A stretch of 64,000 bases of DNA, from NCBI GenBank assembly GCA_964571655.1, contig CAZNCX010000001.1:1144-65143 (forward strand). Direction: 5' to 3'. The stretch comes from an uncultured Elusimicrobium sp. (GTDB taxonomy: Bacteria > Elusimicrobiota > Elusimicrobia > Elusimicrobiales > Elusimicrobiaceae). The translations under genes and the position numbers were made by a program. Of the stretch, positions 42,141-54,374 are shown piece after piece (positions within the stretch are counted from its first letter, which is position 1; each line of letters begins with the position of its first letter). The notes beneath the pieces were generated by a model. That model made no database searches, was not told the DNA's origin, and saw only the letters and a program-made list of their open reading frames with translations.

Positions 42141-42299
42141 TTAGTTTTCTTGGGTAAACTGGTCCTTGCCGACGCCGCAGACAGGGCAAACCCATGTTTC
42201 GGGGACGGCTTCCCATTTAGTTCCGGCGGGCACACCGTTGTCGGGATCCCCGACGGCTTCGTCATAAACATAACCGCAGACCTGACATACATATTTCAT
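42141..42299 (-). CDS. rubredoxin
   Basis: 52 aa, below the ORF-track size cut-off. My translation is [52 protein letters not shown], with both CxxCG knuckles. Confidence 0.92.
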   Translation of the reverse strand: MKYVCQVCGYVYDEAVGDPDNGVPAGTKWEAVPETWVCPVCGVGKDQFTQEN

Positions 42300-42360
42300 A
42301 AAATATCCTCCGTTTTTATTTCATTTTTGCATTTTAATTTATTAAAATCATTACTTCTTT

Positions 42361-42873
42361 TTAGTTACCCTGATAAGTAGGTGCGTCTTTATGCGTTTTC
42401 CCTTTCAGCACCTGATGATAATAATCGTAAGTAAGGGGGTTGCCCTGCGTCAAAATTTTACTCTGCGACACTTTGCCTATAAACATTATATGCGTTCCTA
42501 AATCTTCTTCCTTTTCAACGTTTACGGTTATATAAGAGAGTGTATTTTGTGTTACGAAGGGTAATCCCTCGTCGGTAAATTTATAAGTGTACTTTTCAAA
42601 CTTATTAAAATTTCTGCCCGTTCTGAAACCAAAATTGCCTATAAAAAGCATATCGGATTTTTGTGAAAGAGGCTGCAGGCAAAATTTGCGGCTTGCTTTT
42701 ATAAAATCGCAGGTAAGGGATTTTTTATTTACCGTAATACTAAAAGAAGGCGGCTCGGCCGTTGTCTGCAACGCGCTGTTTATAATCAAAGCGTTTGGTT
42801 TACCGTCGTAAAGCGCGCTTACTATATAAAGCCCGTAAGTCATTTGGCAAAAGGCCGCTTGGTCTATGCTCAT
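42361..42873 (-). CDS. flavin reductase-like FMN-binding protein (Hrb-like without fused rubredoxin)
   Basis: 170-aa ORF with a flavin reductase domain pattern (GLYIVSA..GK.NA.I.NS..Q). Its start overlaps the fprA stop (TAATG). Confidence 0.7.
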   Translation of the reverse strand: MSIDQAAFCQMTYGLYIVSALYDGKPNALIINSALQTTAEPPSFSITVNKKSLTCDFIKASRKFCLQPLSQKSDMLFIGNFGFRTGRNFNKFEKYTYKFTDEGLPFVTQNTLSYITVNVEKEEDLGTHIMFIGKVSQSKILTQGNPLTYDYYHQVLKGKTHKDAPTYQGN

Positions 42874-44063
42874 TATACGCTTTCCTTTATTTTCTCTGCT
42901 ATAAGAACACCTGTGTCAAAACATTCGCGCAGTTTATCTTCCGTCGGTACAAAACGCGCTTTTAAGGTAGGTGCAATAATTTTTACCTGCATTGAAAGTA
43001 ATATTTTTTCAAGGTTGTTAAGCGTCGTATCGCTCCACCCGTAAGAGCCGAAGGCCGCCCCCAAAAGACCTTGTTTACGTAACCCTTTAAGGTAAGTAAA
43101 AACATCTGCAAGGGAAGGATATATTTCCTGATTTAACACCGGAGAGCCGATTATTAAAGCCGCGCTGTCTAAAAGCTCTGTTGCGATATCACTTCTATGC
43201 GCGAAGTGCATGCAGTACTGTTTTACTTCAATGCCCTGCGATATCATCCCGTCGGAAATACTGTCCGCCATTTTAGCGGTGCTCCCCCACATAGTGTCAT
43301 AAACAACAAGCGCTTTTGCAAGATTTTTTTGGGAAGAAAACTTTTCGTAAAGGTCCAATATATTCTTAGGGTTTGAACGCCAAAGAGGCCCGTGGTCGGG
43401 GCAAATCATCGTCGGATTTATGCCCAATTTTTTCATACGCGCCAAGAAAACTTTTACCACATTTGTGTAAGGCAAAATTATATTTGCGTAATATTTTTTT
43501 GCTTCATAAGTAAGCAGGGCTGAGGGTACCTCGTCGTCAAACCTTTCCCCCGAAGCGTAATGCATGCCAAAGATATCGTTACAAAAGAAGATATTTTCTT
43601 CCTTAAGAAGGCATACCATGCTGTCGGGCCAATGCAGCATGCGCGATTCAAAAAACTGCAAAGTATATGCGCCTGTTTTTATTTCCCCGCCGTCGGGAAT
43701 TAAACTTACGGGCAACTCTTCTCCAAGATGCGCTTTTAAGTTTTCCACCCCCATTTGGGACGCGTAAAAATGCTGGGGGCGCAGGTCTCTTAAAGTCTCG
43801 TGGACAGAACCGCTGTGATCCATCTCGGAGTGATTTGAAATAAGCACGTCTATTTTACCCGAGGGCAAAACGCTTTTTATTCTGGCCAGCATCTGCGGGT
43901 AAAATTCTTTTTTTACCGTGTCAATTAAAACAACTTTTTCGTCTAAAATAAGGTAAGCGTTATAGGTAGTTCCCTTATTAGTGGAATATCCGTGAAAATC
44001 ACGGATATTCCAGTCAAGGGCTCCAACCCAAAAAATATTGTCTTTAATTTTTACGGCTTGCAT
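42873..44063 (-). CDS. fprA: flavodiiron protein (A-type flavoprotein, rubredoxin:O2/NO oxidoreductase)
   Basis: The track starts at 44126; I prefer the ATG at 44063 (MQAVKIKDNIFWVG), 1 nt after the dfx stop. It has the metallo-beta-lactamase HxExDH motif (NHSEMDHSG) and a C-terminal flavodoxin domain (ALVVYDTMWGSTAKMA). Confidence 0.92.
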   Translation of the reverse strand: MQAVKIKDNIFWVGALDWNIRDFHGYSTNKGTTYNAYLILDEKVVLIDTVKKEFYPQMLARIKSVLPSGKIDVLISNHSEMDHSGSVHETLRDLRPQHFYASQMGVENLKAHLGEELPVSLIPDGGEIKTGAYTLQFFESRMLHWPDSMVCLLKEENIFFCNDIFGMHYASGERFDDEVPSALLTYEAKKYYANIILPYTNVVKVFLARMKKLGINPTMICPDHGPLWRSNPKNILDLYEKFSSQKNLAKALVVYDTMWGSTAKMADSISDGMISQGIEVKQYCMHFAHRSDIATELLDSAALIIGSPVLNQEIYPSLADVFTYLKGLRKQGLLGAAFGSYGWSDTTLNNLEKILLSMQVKIIAPTLKARFVPTEDKLRECFDTGVLIAEKIKESV

Positions 44064-44064
44064 A

Positions 44065-44457
44065 TTATTTTCCCGTCGGCGTCTGCCACAATCCGTGGAT
44101 ATTGCAATATTCTCTTGCAAAGACAATTTCTTCTTTGCAATTATTAAACACGGCTTCCGGCTTTTCCCCTGGTTTAAGATATTTGCGCCCTATTTTGCCG
44201 CCTGAGGTCATAACTTCTATGAACTCAATATAATGTTCGGGAATCATCGGGTGGGCGACTTCGCCTACTTTCACCAAATACCCTTCGTCGGTTTTTTCTA
44301 TTACGGGAATGTGCTTTTCATTAGCGGCTTCAACGGTATTTGGTTTTTGCAGTACCATAGGTTTGCCGCAGCAAACAAGCTCCCCTATGCTTGCGTGGAT
44401 TACTTCTACTATATTGCCGCATATCGGGCATTTATATATTTCATTTAACTTCGTCAT
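44065..44457 (-). CDS. dfx: desulfoferrodoxin (2Fe superoxide reductase)
   Basis: 130-aa ORF with an N-terminal desulforedoxin Cys4 (CPICGN...CCGKPM) and SOR centre ligands (HPMIPEHYIEF, CNIHGLW). Confidence 0.93.
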   Translation of the reverse strand: MTKLNEIYKCPICGNIVEVIHASIGELVCCGKPMVLQKPNTVEAANEKHIPVIEKTDEGYLVKVGEVAHPMIPEHYIEFIEVMTSGGKIGRKYLKPGEKPEAVFNNCKEEIVFAREYCNIHGLWQTPTGK

Positions 44458-44500
44458 ATTTCCCCCTTGTTTAGCGTAACAATATCTTCCTCAAAATATA

Positions 44501-44527
44501 ATACGGCGACGGGAACCGCCGCCGTAT
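44501..44527 (-). terminator. intrinsic terminator after rbr
   Basis: The reverse strand reads ATACGGCGGCGG-TTC-CCGTCGCCGTAT, followed by a T-rich tract (TATATTTT). Confidence 0.5.
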
Positions 44528-44535
44528 TTACCATA

Positions 44536-45111
44536 TTACCAATTTTCAGCCAAGATTTCAAAATAAGCCTGAGGATGCGCGCAGGCTGGGCATTTTTCCG
44601 GCGCGGCGTCGCCTTCGTAAATAAACCCGCAGTTTAAGCATCTCCAATATATTTTGCCGTTCTTTTTGAAGACTGTGCCGTCCTCAATATTTTTCAAAAA
44701 GCCCTGATAGCGTTTGGAATGCTGCTTTTCTGCTACGGCTATGTTTAACATAACCTCGCCTATTTCCTCAAAACCTTCTTCCTTTGCCACTTTGGCGTAA
44801 TTGGGATACATATGCTGCCACTCTTCATCTTCGCCGGCTGCGGCCGATTTTAAGTTTTGCGCCGTATCGCCTATAATACCTGCGGGAAAAGTCCCCGTAA
44901 TTTCAACAGGCCCGCCTTCCAAAAACTTAAACAGCCTCTTTGCGTGTTCTTTTTCCTGATCGGCCGTTTCTTCAAATATCTTGCTTATCTGCACATACCC
45001 TTCTTTTTTCGCCTGAGATGCAAAAAAAGTATATCTGTTTCTTGCCTGCGCTTCCCCCGAAAAAGCGGTAAGCAGATTTTTTTCCGTCTGTGTTCCTTTC
45101 AATGATTTCAT
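44536..45111 (-). CDS. rbr: rubrerythrin
   Basis: 191-aa ORF with diiron ExxH motifs (EKEHAKRL) and a C-terminal rubredoxin-like CLNCG...CPAC. Confidence 0.95.
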   Translation of the reverse strand: MKSLKGTQTEKNLLTAFSGEAQARNRYTFFASQAKKEGYVQISKIFEETADQEKEHAKRLFKFLEGGPVEITGTFPAGIIGDTAQNLKSAAAGEDEEWQHMYPNYAKVAKEEGFEEIGEVMLNIAVAEKQHSKRYQGFLKNIEDGTVFKKNGKIYWRCLNCGFIYEGDAAPEKCPACAHPQAYFEILAENW

Positions 45112-45355
45112 ATTGCCTCCTGTTTATTTAGTAAACTATATCATAATTATTCCTAATTGTAAAGAGTTTTTTATTATTTTATCTTTCCGCTTAAAGATAT
45201 ATTTTATTTAATTTTGGGCTTACAAAAAAGCAATTTTAATCCACAAATTTTAGTTTGTTAATAACTTATATTAAAAAATTGACTAAATGACGTTAAATTG
45301 CTAAAATTTACCTATATTTAATTTTTAGGCTTTTGAGCTGGGATAGGGTATTTTT
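45112..45355. other. AT-rich rbr-dnaA intergenic region: left part of candidate oriC
   Basis: It has one-mismatch DnaA boxes: TAATCCACA (45237-45245) and TGTGGAAAA (45355-45363, overlapping the dnaA GTG). About 240 bp is very AT-rich. Confidence 0.4.
45279..45307 (+). promoter_or_regulatory. dnaA promoter (TTGACT-17 nt-TAAAAT with TG extension)
   Basis: TTGACT at 45279-45284 and TGcTAAAAT at 45299-45307, about 48 nt upstream of the GTG start. Confidence 0.55.
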
Positions 45356-46726
45356 GTGGAAAACCTCTCTATAAATGAAATTTGGGCAAATCTTATAAAA
45401 AAGCTGGAAAATGAGATTGGTAAAGACCTCTGCGATATGTGGCTTAAACCTATGAAAATAATCTCGTTTGAAGGCGGCATTTTTAAGATAGAAATCCCCA
45501 GCACAGTCTGGCTGCAGCCTGTTAAAGACCGCTATGAACTTCTTATAACCCAATATCTTACGGAAATTACGCAAACTCCTTTTTCCATAGAATACATTTT
45601 ACCTATAAAGGAAGAAGATTTATCCAAACAAATTTTGCCGCCTGCGTCTTCTCAAAAGAAAAGCGGCGCCGCGGCGTCTAAGAGCAATTTTTTTGACCGT
45701 CTAAATAGTTATTATACTTTTGACACTTTTATTGAAGGCCCTTCAAACCGTTTTGCTTATAAAGCCTCTGAGGCCGTCGTAAAAAAAATGGGGGAGAGGA
45801 CTAATAATCCCTTTGTTATTTTCAGCGCGCCGGGGCTGGGCAAAACGCATCTTCTTCACGCTATAGGCAATCAGATTACAAAAGAAAGGCTTTCTGCCAA
45901 GGTTTTATATGTAACGGGGGAGAGTTTTGTTTCCGAATATATAGAATCTCTGCCTCTTAAAACTACCGATTATTTCCGCAAAAAATACCGTTCTTTAGAC
46001 TGTCTTTTAATTGACGATATACAATTTGTCGTAGGCAAGGAAAAATCGGAGCAGGAATTTTTTAATATTTTTAACACCCTCTTTGATAATAAAAAGCAAA
46101 TTGTTTTAACTTCCGACAGAATGCCAAATCAGCTGGGATTAAGTGAAAGGCTGTCCTCAAGGCTTTTATCGGGCATTATAGCAGAGATTAAAAAACCCGA
46201 TCTTGAAACAAAAATAGCAATACTGCGCCAAAAGAGGGATTTCAATCATTTTGACGTCGGAGATGATGTTTTAGCCTTTATCGCCGAAGGCGTGCAGGCC
46301 AGTATAAGGGAGCTTGAAGGCTGCCTCTATAAGCTTGTGAGTTATTGCAGTATATACAACACTCCTCCTACCATAAACATAGCCAAAGAGGTTTTGGCTG
46401 ATATTATAAATTTGGAGCAGGAAAAATATTCCATAAGTATAAACTCCATAAAAAAAGCCGTAACGAAAAATTTTAATATAAGAATAGAAGACTTAAATTC
46501 CAAGAAAAAAAGTTCTTCTATAGCGTGGCCCCGTCAAATTGCTATGTATCTGGCGACAGAACTTACAAAATCCACAATATCCGATATCGGCAGGGAATTT
46601 AACAGGGACCATACCACCGTCCTCCACGCTAAAGAAAAAGTTAAAGAGGAAATTGAAAGAGACCCTTTTTTTGCAAGCCATATAAATAAGATAATAAGCG
46701 GTCTAAAAGCTGTTGATAACATCTAG
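45356..46726 (+). CDS. dnaA: chromosomal replication initiator DnaA
   Basis: 456-aa ORF with a GTG start, Walker A GLGKTHLL, Walker B LLIDDIQF, and the C-terminal DNA-binding motif DHTTVLHA. Confidence 0.97.
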   Translation: MENLSINEIWANLIKKLENEIGKDLCDMWLKPMKIISFEGGIFKIEIPSTVWLQPVKDRYELLITQYLTEITQTPFSIEYILPIKEEDLSKQILPPASSQKKSGAAASKSNFFDRLNSYYTFDTFIEGPSNRFAYKASEAVVKKMGERTNNPFVIFSAPGLGKTHLLHAIGNQITKERLSAKVLYVTGESFVSEYIESLPLKTTDYFRKKYRSLDCLLIDDIQFVVGKEKSEQEFFNIFNTLFDNKKQIVLTSDRMPNQLGLSERLSSRLLSGIIAEIKKPDLETKIAILRQKRDFNHFDVGDDVLAFIAEGVQASIRELEGCLYKLVSYCSIYNTPPTINIAKEVLADIINLEQEKYSISINSIKKAVTKNFNIRIEDLNSKKKSSSIAWPRQIAMYLATELTKSTISDIGREFNRDHTTVLHAKEKVKEEIERDPFFASHINKIISGLKAVDNI

Positions 46727-46875
46727 ATTGTTTATAATTTATATGGTTTCCAATAAAAAATGTTGATAGTGTTTATGCTTTTTTATTTTTATCAACAAAA
46801 TTTTACTTAAATTTGTATTGATAAATAAACATTATCCACAAAATTAACAAGGACATATATAATAGGAATAATAAT
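46727..46875. other. dnaA-dnaN spacer: candidate oriC core with DnaA boxes
   Basis: It has a perfect TTATCCACA (46832-46840). Box-like sequences are TTATCAACA (46789-46797), TGTTGATAG (46761-46769, inverted relative to the former) and TATTGATAA (46816-46824). The spacer is AT-rich. Confidence 0.5.
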
Positions 46876-47988
46876 ATGAAAATAAATATTACTAAAGAGA
46901 GTTTTTTAGAAGCTATAACCATCCTCCAGTCCAGTATGTCGGGCAAAACCACTTTGCCTATACTATATAACTTCCTTATGGAAACAACGGAAGAAGGTTT
47001 CCTAAAACTTACGCGTACAGATATGGAAATGGCTACCATACATAAAATAAAAGCCGAAATTGTGGAAGAAGGCTCTATTACCGTTCCGTTAAAAGAATTT
47101 TCTGACATCTTAAAAACGCTGCCTTCAGATAAAGAAGTTAAGTTAGAAACCGATGAAAATAATAAACTTCATATCAAATGCGGCAAAGTTAAATTTTGGG
47201 TAATAGGAACTGCAAAGAGCGAATATCCTATAGTCCCCGAGATAGAAAAAAACAATACCTTTTCAGTCAATACTCTTCAATTAAAGGATATGATAGAGAA
47301 GACTATTTTTTCTTCCTCCACTCAGGAAACAAGATATGTATTAAACGGTCTTTTGTGGGTAAACGGCGCAGATAAATTTGAACTTGTAGCCACCGACGGC
47401 AGAAGGCTTGCCCTTGCAACAGTGCCTTCTATTGAGGGGGCAAAAGATTTTAAGATAATAGTTCCAAGTAAACTCTTAAATGAAATAATAAAATTATTGT
47501 CCTTAAATAAGCCCGAGAAAGATGATAAAATAGAATTTAATGTTTCCTCCAATCAAATAAGTTTTATTTTTAAGGATACTATTATTATTTCGCGTCTTAT
47601 AGAAGGCAATTTCCCTAATTACGAGCAGGTAATTCCTACCAAAAAGACATTGGAATTTAAGGTTAACAGGGAAGAACTTTTATCTTCAACGCGCCGCGCG
47701 GCTTTATGCGCGGGGGATTTTGGCAATTCCGTAAAATATTCTTTAAGCGACGGGCATTTGGATATTACCTCAAGCTCTTCCAAAATGGATTTTTCGGACC
47801 AGTTAAAAGTGGAATATAAGGGAGAAGAATTTTCAACTTCTTTTAATCCTCAATACGTAACCGACGTCTTAAAAAACGTTGGCGCGCCTACAGTTATATT
47901 TTCCTTCGCGCGCGCGGACCAGCCTGTTCTTGTGGAGCTTGAAGGCGAAGAAAAGTATAAATACGTCATTATGCCGGTAAGAGCATAA
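46876..47988 (+). CDS. dnaN: DNA polymerase III beta sliding clamp
   Basis: 370-aa ORF directly after dnaA with a clamp-like three-domain pattern and the C-terminal ..YVIMPVR. Confidence 0.93.
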   Translation: MKINITKESFLEAITILQSSMSGKTTLPILYNFLMETTEEGFLKLTRTDMEMATIHKIKAEIVEEGSITVPLKEFSDILKTLPSDKEVKLETDENNKLHIKCGKVKFWVIGTAKSEYPIVPEIEKNNTFSVNTLQLKDMIEKTIFSSSTQETRYVLNGLLWVNGADKFELVATDGRRLALATVPSIEGAKDFKIIVPSKLLNEIIKLLSLNKPEKDDKIEFNVSSNQISFIFKDTIIISRLIEGNFPNYEQVIPTKKTLEFKVNREELLSSTRRAALCAGDFGNSVKYSLSDGHLDITSSSSKMDFSDQLKVEYKGEEFSTSFNPQYVTDVLKNVGAPTVIFSFARADQPVLVELEGEEKYKYVIMPVRA

Positions 47989-47992
47989 AAAA

Positions 47993-50768
<2,776 letters not shown>

Positions 50769-50776
50769 GAGATTTT

Positions 50777-53311
50777 ATGAAAGAGAACAGTTCTCATGAA
50801 GATGCAAAAGCTATAGACTTATTTGGAAGCGTAAAGCAAAAAGACATCGGCGAGGAGATGAAATCCTCCTACATAGACTATGCGATGAGCGTTATTGTAG
50901 GCAGGGCCCTGCCCGATGTAAGAGACGGCCTTAAACCCGTCCACAGACGTATCTTATACGCCATGCAGGAAATGGGCCTAAAATATAACAAGTCTTTCAA
51001 GAAATCAGCCCGCGTCGTAGGCGATGTTTTGGGCAAATATCACCCGCACGGGGACTCTTCGGTTTACGACGCTTTAGTGCGTATGGCTCAAACTTTTTCT
51101 ATGCGCAATACTTTGGTAAACGGGCAGGGAAACTTCGGCTCTGTTGACGGGGACTCTCCTGCGGCTATGCGTTATACCGAAGTTCGCCTTCAGGCTATTG
51201 CAGACGAGCTGTTAAACGATTTAGATAAAGATACCGTTAAATTTGTGCCTAACTACGACGGTTCTTTATCGGAACCTGCGGTTTTGCCCGCCAAAATGCC
51301 GCAGCTGCTTGTAAACGGCTCCAGCGGCATTGCGGTCGGTATGGCCACAAATATTCCGACGCATAATTTAAGTGAAATTTGCGAAGGCATAATAACCCTT
51401 ATCAAAAACCCGGCCATTACCACTAAAGAAATGATGCAAATCGTCAAAGGGCCCGATTTCCCCACAGGGGGCATTTTACGCGGAACAAAGGGTGTGTTTG
51501 ATTATTTTGAAACAGGAAGGGGCTCTCTTCGTCTTGAATGCCGCGCTGAGATAGAGGAAATGAAAGGCGGCAGAGAAGCTATTATAGTTACTGAGATTCC
51601 CTATCAGGTAAACAAAACAAATCTTATTGAGAGTATAGCGGGCCTTGTAAAAGATAAAAAGATTACCGAGATTTCCGATATCAGAGACGAGTCCGACCGC
51701 CGCGGCATGCGCCTTGTCATAGAATTAAAACGTGAAGCCACTGGGCAGGTAGTCTTAAATCAATTGCTTAAACATACGCAGCTGCAAATTTCCTTCGGCG
51801 TGAATATGCTTGCCATTGTTGACGGCAAGCCGCGCGTTTTGGGTATAAAAGACGTTATGCGCCAATACGTAAGGCACCGTCAGGAAGTTATCACAAACCG
51901 CACGCGTTTTGACTTAAACAAAGCCTTAAAACGCGAGCATATTTTAGAAGGGCTGCTTATTGCCCTTGCCAATTTAGACGAGGTCGTCTCAATTATCCGC
52001 AAAGCCAAAGACGCAAACGACGCTAAAATAAAACTGATGAACCGCTTTAAGTTAAGCGAGGCTCAAACGCAGGCTATTTTGGATATGCGTCTGCATCAGC
52101 TAACGCAGTTGTCGGCTTTAGCAATAGAGCAGGAGCAAAAAGACCTTGTTACCATTATTAAAGATCTGCAGGCTATTTTAGCCAGCCCGCAGAAGATTTT
52201 AGATATCATCGTCAAAGAACTTACAGAGATGAAAAAACAATACGGAGATGAGAGAAAAACCGAGATTTCAAACGAAGTTTCCGATTTCTCCATTGAAGAT
52301 TTAATTGACGAAGAGGAAGTTGTTATCACTTTATCAAACGACGGCTACGCAAAGCGCATTCCGCTTGATACTTATAAATCACAAAACCGCGGCGGCAAAG
52401 GCATAATAGGAGGCAAAACGAAAGAGGAAGATTTTATTGAACATCTTTTTGTAACCTCCAGTCACGCGACTATACTTATGTTTACCACGCGCGGGCGCGT
52501 ATTTGCCTTAAAAGCTTACGAGATACCCGAAGGCACAAGGCAGTCCAAAGGCAAAGCAATAGTTAACCTGCTTCAAATCAGCGGGGAGGAAAAAGTAACT
52601 TCCGCCGTGGCAATTTGCGATTTTGATCCGGCCAACGCGGGGGAGACATATCTTACTATGTGCACGCGTATGGGTACGGTAAAACGCGTTGAATTGGTGG
52701 ATTTCGCCCACATCAGACGCACCGGCATTATCGCTATAGGGCTTGAAGAGGGCGATGTGCTTGTATCCGTCCAGCAGACTCACGGCAAGAGCGAAATTAT
52801 TATTGCCACCAAACAGGGCAAATCCATAAGGTTTGACGAAAAGCAAGTACGCGCTATGGGCAGAACGGCAAAAGGCGTGCGCGGCATCAGGCTTGCCGAA
52901 GGCGATAATGTTATAGGTATGGAACAAGCCCCCAAAGACGGCGAGCAGCCGGCAGTCTTATCGGTTTGCGAGAACGGCTACGGCAAGCAGACGGAGTTTA
53001 GCGAATACCGCTCCCAAAACCGCGGAGGCAGCGGCGTTATCACAATAAAAACGACGCAGCGCAACGGCTCGGTTGTGGGCATTAAACTTGTAGACGAGAG
53101 CAAGGACTTAATGGTCATTACCGAAAAAGGCATGGCTATAAGAATACGCTGCGAAGAAATCCGCTCCGTAGGCAGAAACGCGCAGGGAGTAAGGCTTGTA
53201 AAGCTTGAAGAAAGCGATAAAATAGCCCGCGTTGCTCCGGTTGTAAAAGAGGAGGAAGAAACCTCCTGCGAACTTACTGCTGCTGCGGAAGCTTCTTCGG
53301 AAGAAAAATAA
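50777..53311 (+). CDS. gyrA: DNA gyrase subunit A
   Basis: 844-aa ORF with [27 protein letters not shown], the active-site AAMRYTE, C-terminal beta-pinwheel repeats and an acidic tail. Confidence 0.97.
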   Translation: MKENSSHEDAKAIDLFGSVKQKDIGEEMKSSYIDYAMSVIVGRALPDVRDGLKPVHRRILYAMQEMGLKYNKSFKKSARVVGDVLGKYHPHGDSSVYDALVRMAQTFSMRNTLVNGQGNFGSVDGDSPAAMRYTEVRLQAIADELLNDLDKDTVKFVPNYDGSLSEPAVLPAKMPQLLVNGSSGIAVGMATNIPTHNLSEICEGIITLIKNPAITTKEMMQIVKGPDFPTGGILRGTKGVFDYFETGRGSLRLECRAEIEEMKGGREAIIVTEIPYQVNKTNLIESIAGLVKDKKITEISDIRDESDRRGMRLVIELKREATGQVVLNQLLKHTQLQISFGVNMLAIVDGKPRVLGIKDVMRQYVRHRQEVITNRTRFDLNKALKREHILEGLLIALANLDEVVSIIRKAKDANDAKIKLMNRFKLSEAQTQAILDMRLHQLTQLSALAIEQEQKDLVTIIKDLQAILASPQKILDIIVKELTEMKKQYGDERKTEISNEVSDFSIEDLIDEEEVVITLSNDGYAKRIPLDTYKSQNRGGKGIIGGKTKEEDFIEHLFVTSSHATILMFTTRGRVFALKAYEIPEGTRQSKGKAIVNLLQISGEEKVTSAVAICDFDPANAGETYLTMCTRMGTVKRVELVDFAHIRRTGIIAIGLEEGDVLVSVQQTHGKSEIIIATKQGKSIRFDEKQVRAMGRTAKGVRGIRLAEGDNVIGMEQAPKDGEQPAVLSVCENGYGKQTEFSEYRSQNRGGSGVITIKTTQRNGSVVGIKLVDESKDLMVITEKGMAIRIRCEEIRSVGRNAQGVRLVKLEESDKIARVAPVVKEEEETSCELTAAAEASSEEK

Positions 53312-53333
53312 AACTAAAGTTTAGACGCAAAAA

Positions 53334-53368
53334 AGCCCCGTGTTTTTAATTAACGCGGGGCTTTTTTT
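53334..53368. terminator. bidirectional intrinsic terminator shared by convergent gyrA and 53383 gene
   Basis: AGCCCCG...CGGGGCT stem flanked by an A6 run on the left and a T7 run on the right. Confidence 0.75.
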
Positions 53369-53382
53369 AGGTAAAATAAAAG

Positions 53383-54252
53383 TTATTCTATAGTGTTTTC
53401 AATTTCTTCTTCCAAAACCTCTTCGTTTTCTTTACTTTCCTCAATTTCTTCTTCGGGTTCTTCTTTAATTTTTTCGTAGATATAGGGGGAAGGGCCTTCT
53501 TTCATAAACTTAAAATCCCTGTAAATATTTTTTACATTTGGCACAAGATAAAAGGAAAGGGCATAAACGCCTTTTTTCTGCACGCTGAATATGGGCCGTA
53601 TCTCAACATTAAAGCCGTGTTTGTTGGGGACATTTTTTTCGTAAGGATAATTTTTTTCAAGCGTAAAATAACGCGGGGAATATCTTATTTTAATAATCTT
53701 GGCAACTTCTTTATTTTGAAATTGATTTTTGCTTAACTCGTCAAACTCGCCTATGTCTATTTCTTTTTGCAGCTCGGGTTTTTCAAGAGTAATTTTATAA
53801 TCAAGTTTGAAAAGACGGAAATCGTCTATAAAAAAGATATTTACGCAGTCATGGAAAGAATCCTGAAATCTGCCATATTCGTTTAGGTCGGGCAAAATTT
53901 CATATTGCGGCGGTATGCGAAAAGTAACTTCAACATAACCTCTTGTCTCTTTTTGTTCAACGAGGGGATCTTCTACATCATATCCGTCTTCAAGAGTATA
54001 GTCTGGCTCGTCGTGAAACATACGGCTGAAAAACTCCGACGTGGTATATTTATCTTTCTTAAATTCTTTAATGTCAATTACCGAAACTTCGGTATCCCTT
54101 ATTTGTTTTTGAAAAAGTTTGTCAAAAGAAATAGAAAGTTCGGAATCGTCTTTAAGATTTTGAGGCAGAGACATATGCTGGTCGTATAAGACCTGCGCCT
54201 GCAAAGCCGCCGCAGAGATAATAAATATTACAAACAAAGATGTCTTTTTCAT
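53383..54252 (-). CDS. secreted hypothetical protein, paralogue A (acidic C-terminal tail)
   Basis: 289-aa ORF with the signal peptide MKKTSLFVIFIISAAALQAQ. It shares collinear motifs with the 54375..55211 product. I recognise no domain. Confidence 0.7.
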   Translation of the reverse strand: MKKTSLFVIFIISAAALQAQVLYDQHMSLPQNLKDDSELSISFDKLFQKQIRDTEVSVIDIKEFKKDKYTTSEFFSRMFHDEPDYTLEDGYDVEDPLVEQKETRGYVEVTFRIPPQYEILPDLNEYGRFQDSFHDCVNIFFIDDFRLFKLDYKITLEKPELQKEIDIGEFDELSKNQFQNKEVAKIIKIRYSPRYFTLEKNYPYEKNVPNKHGFNVEIRPIFSVQKKGVYALSFYLVPNVKNIYRDFKFMKEGPSPYIYEKIKEEPEEEIEESKENEEVLEEEIENTIE

Positions 54253-54319
54253 AGAAGCACCTGCTCTTATTGTGCCGTATATTAAAAAAACTTCAACAGG
54301 TTCAATCCCCTAGGGGATA

Positions 54320-54356
54320 AAAACCCCGCGCCTTCTATTTTTAGACGCGGGGTTTT
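54320..54356 (-). terminator. intrinsic terminator after paralogue B
   Basis: The reverse strand reads AAAACCCCGCG-(15 nt)-CGCGGGGTTTTT. Confidence 0.7.
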
Positions 54357-54374
54357 GTTGTCGTACGAAGATGG

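Noticed and set aside
42150-42380. 76-aa plus-strand ORF listed in the track
   Set aside because: It is antisense to the genuine 52-aa rubredoxin gene, which explains the region.
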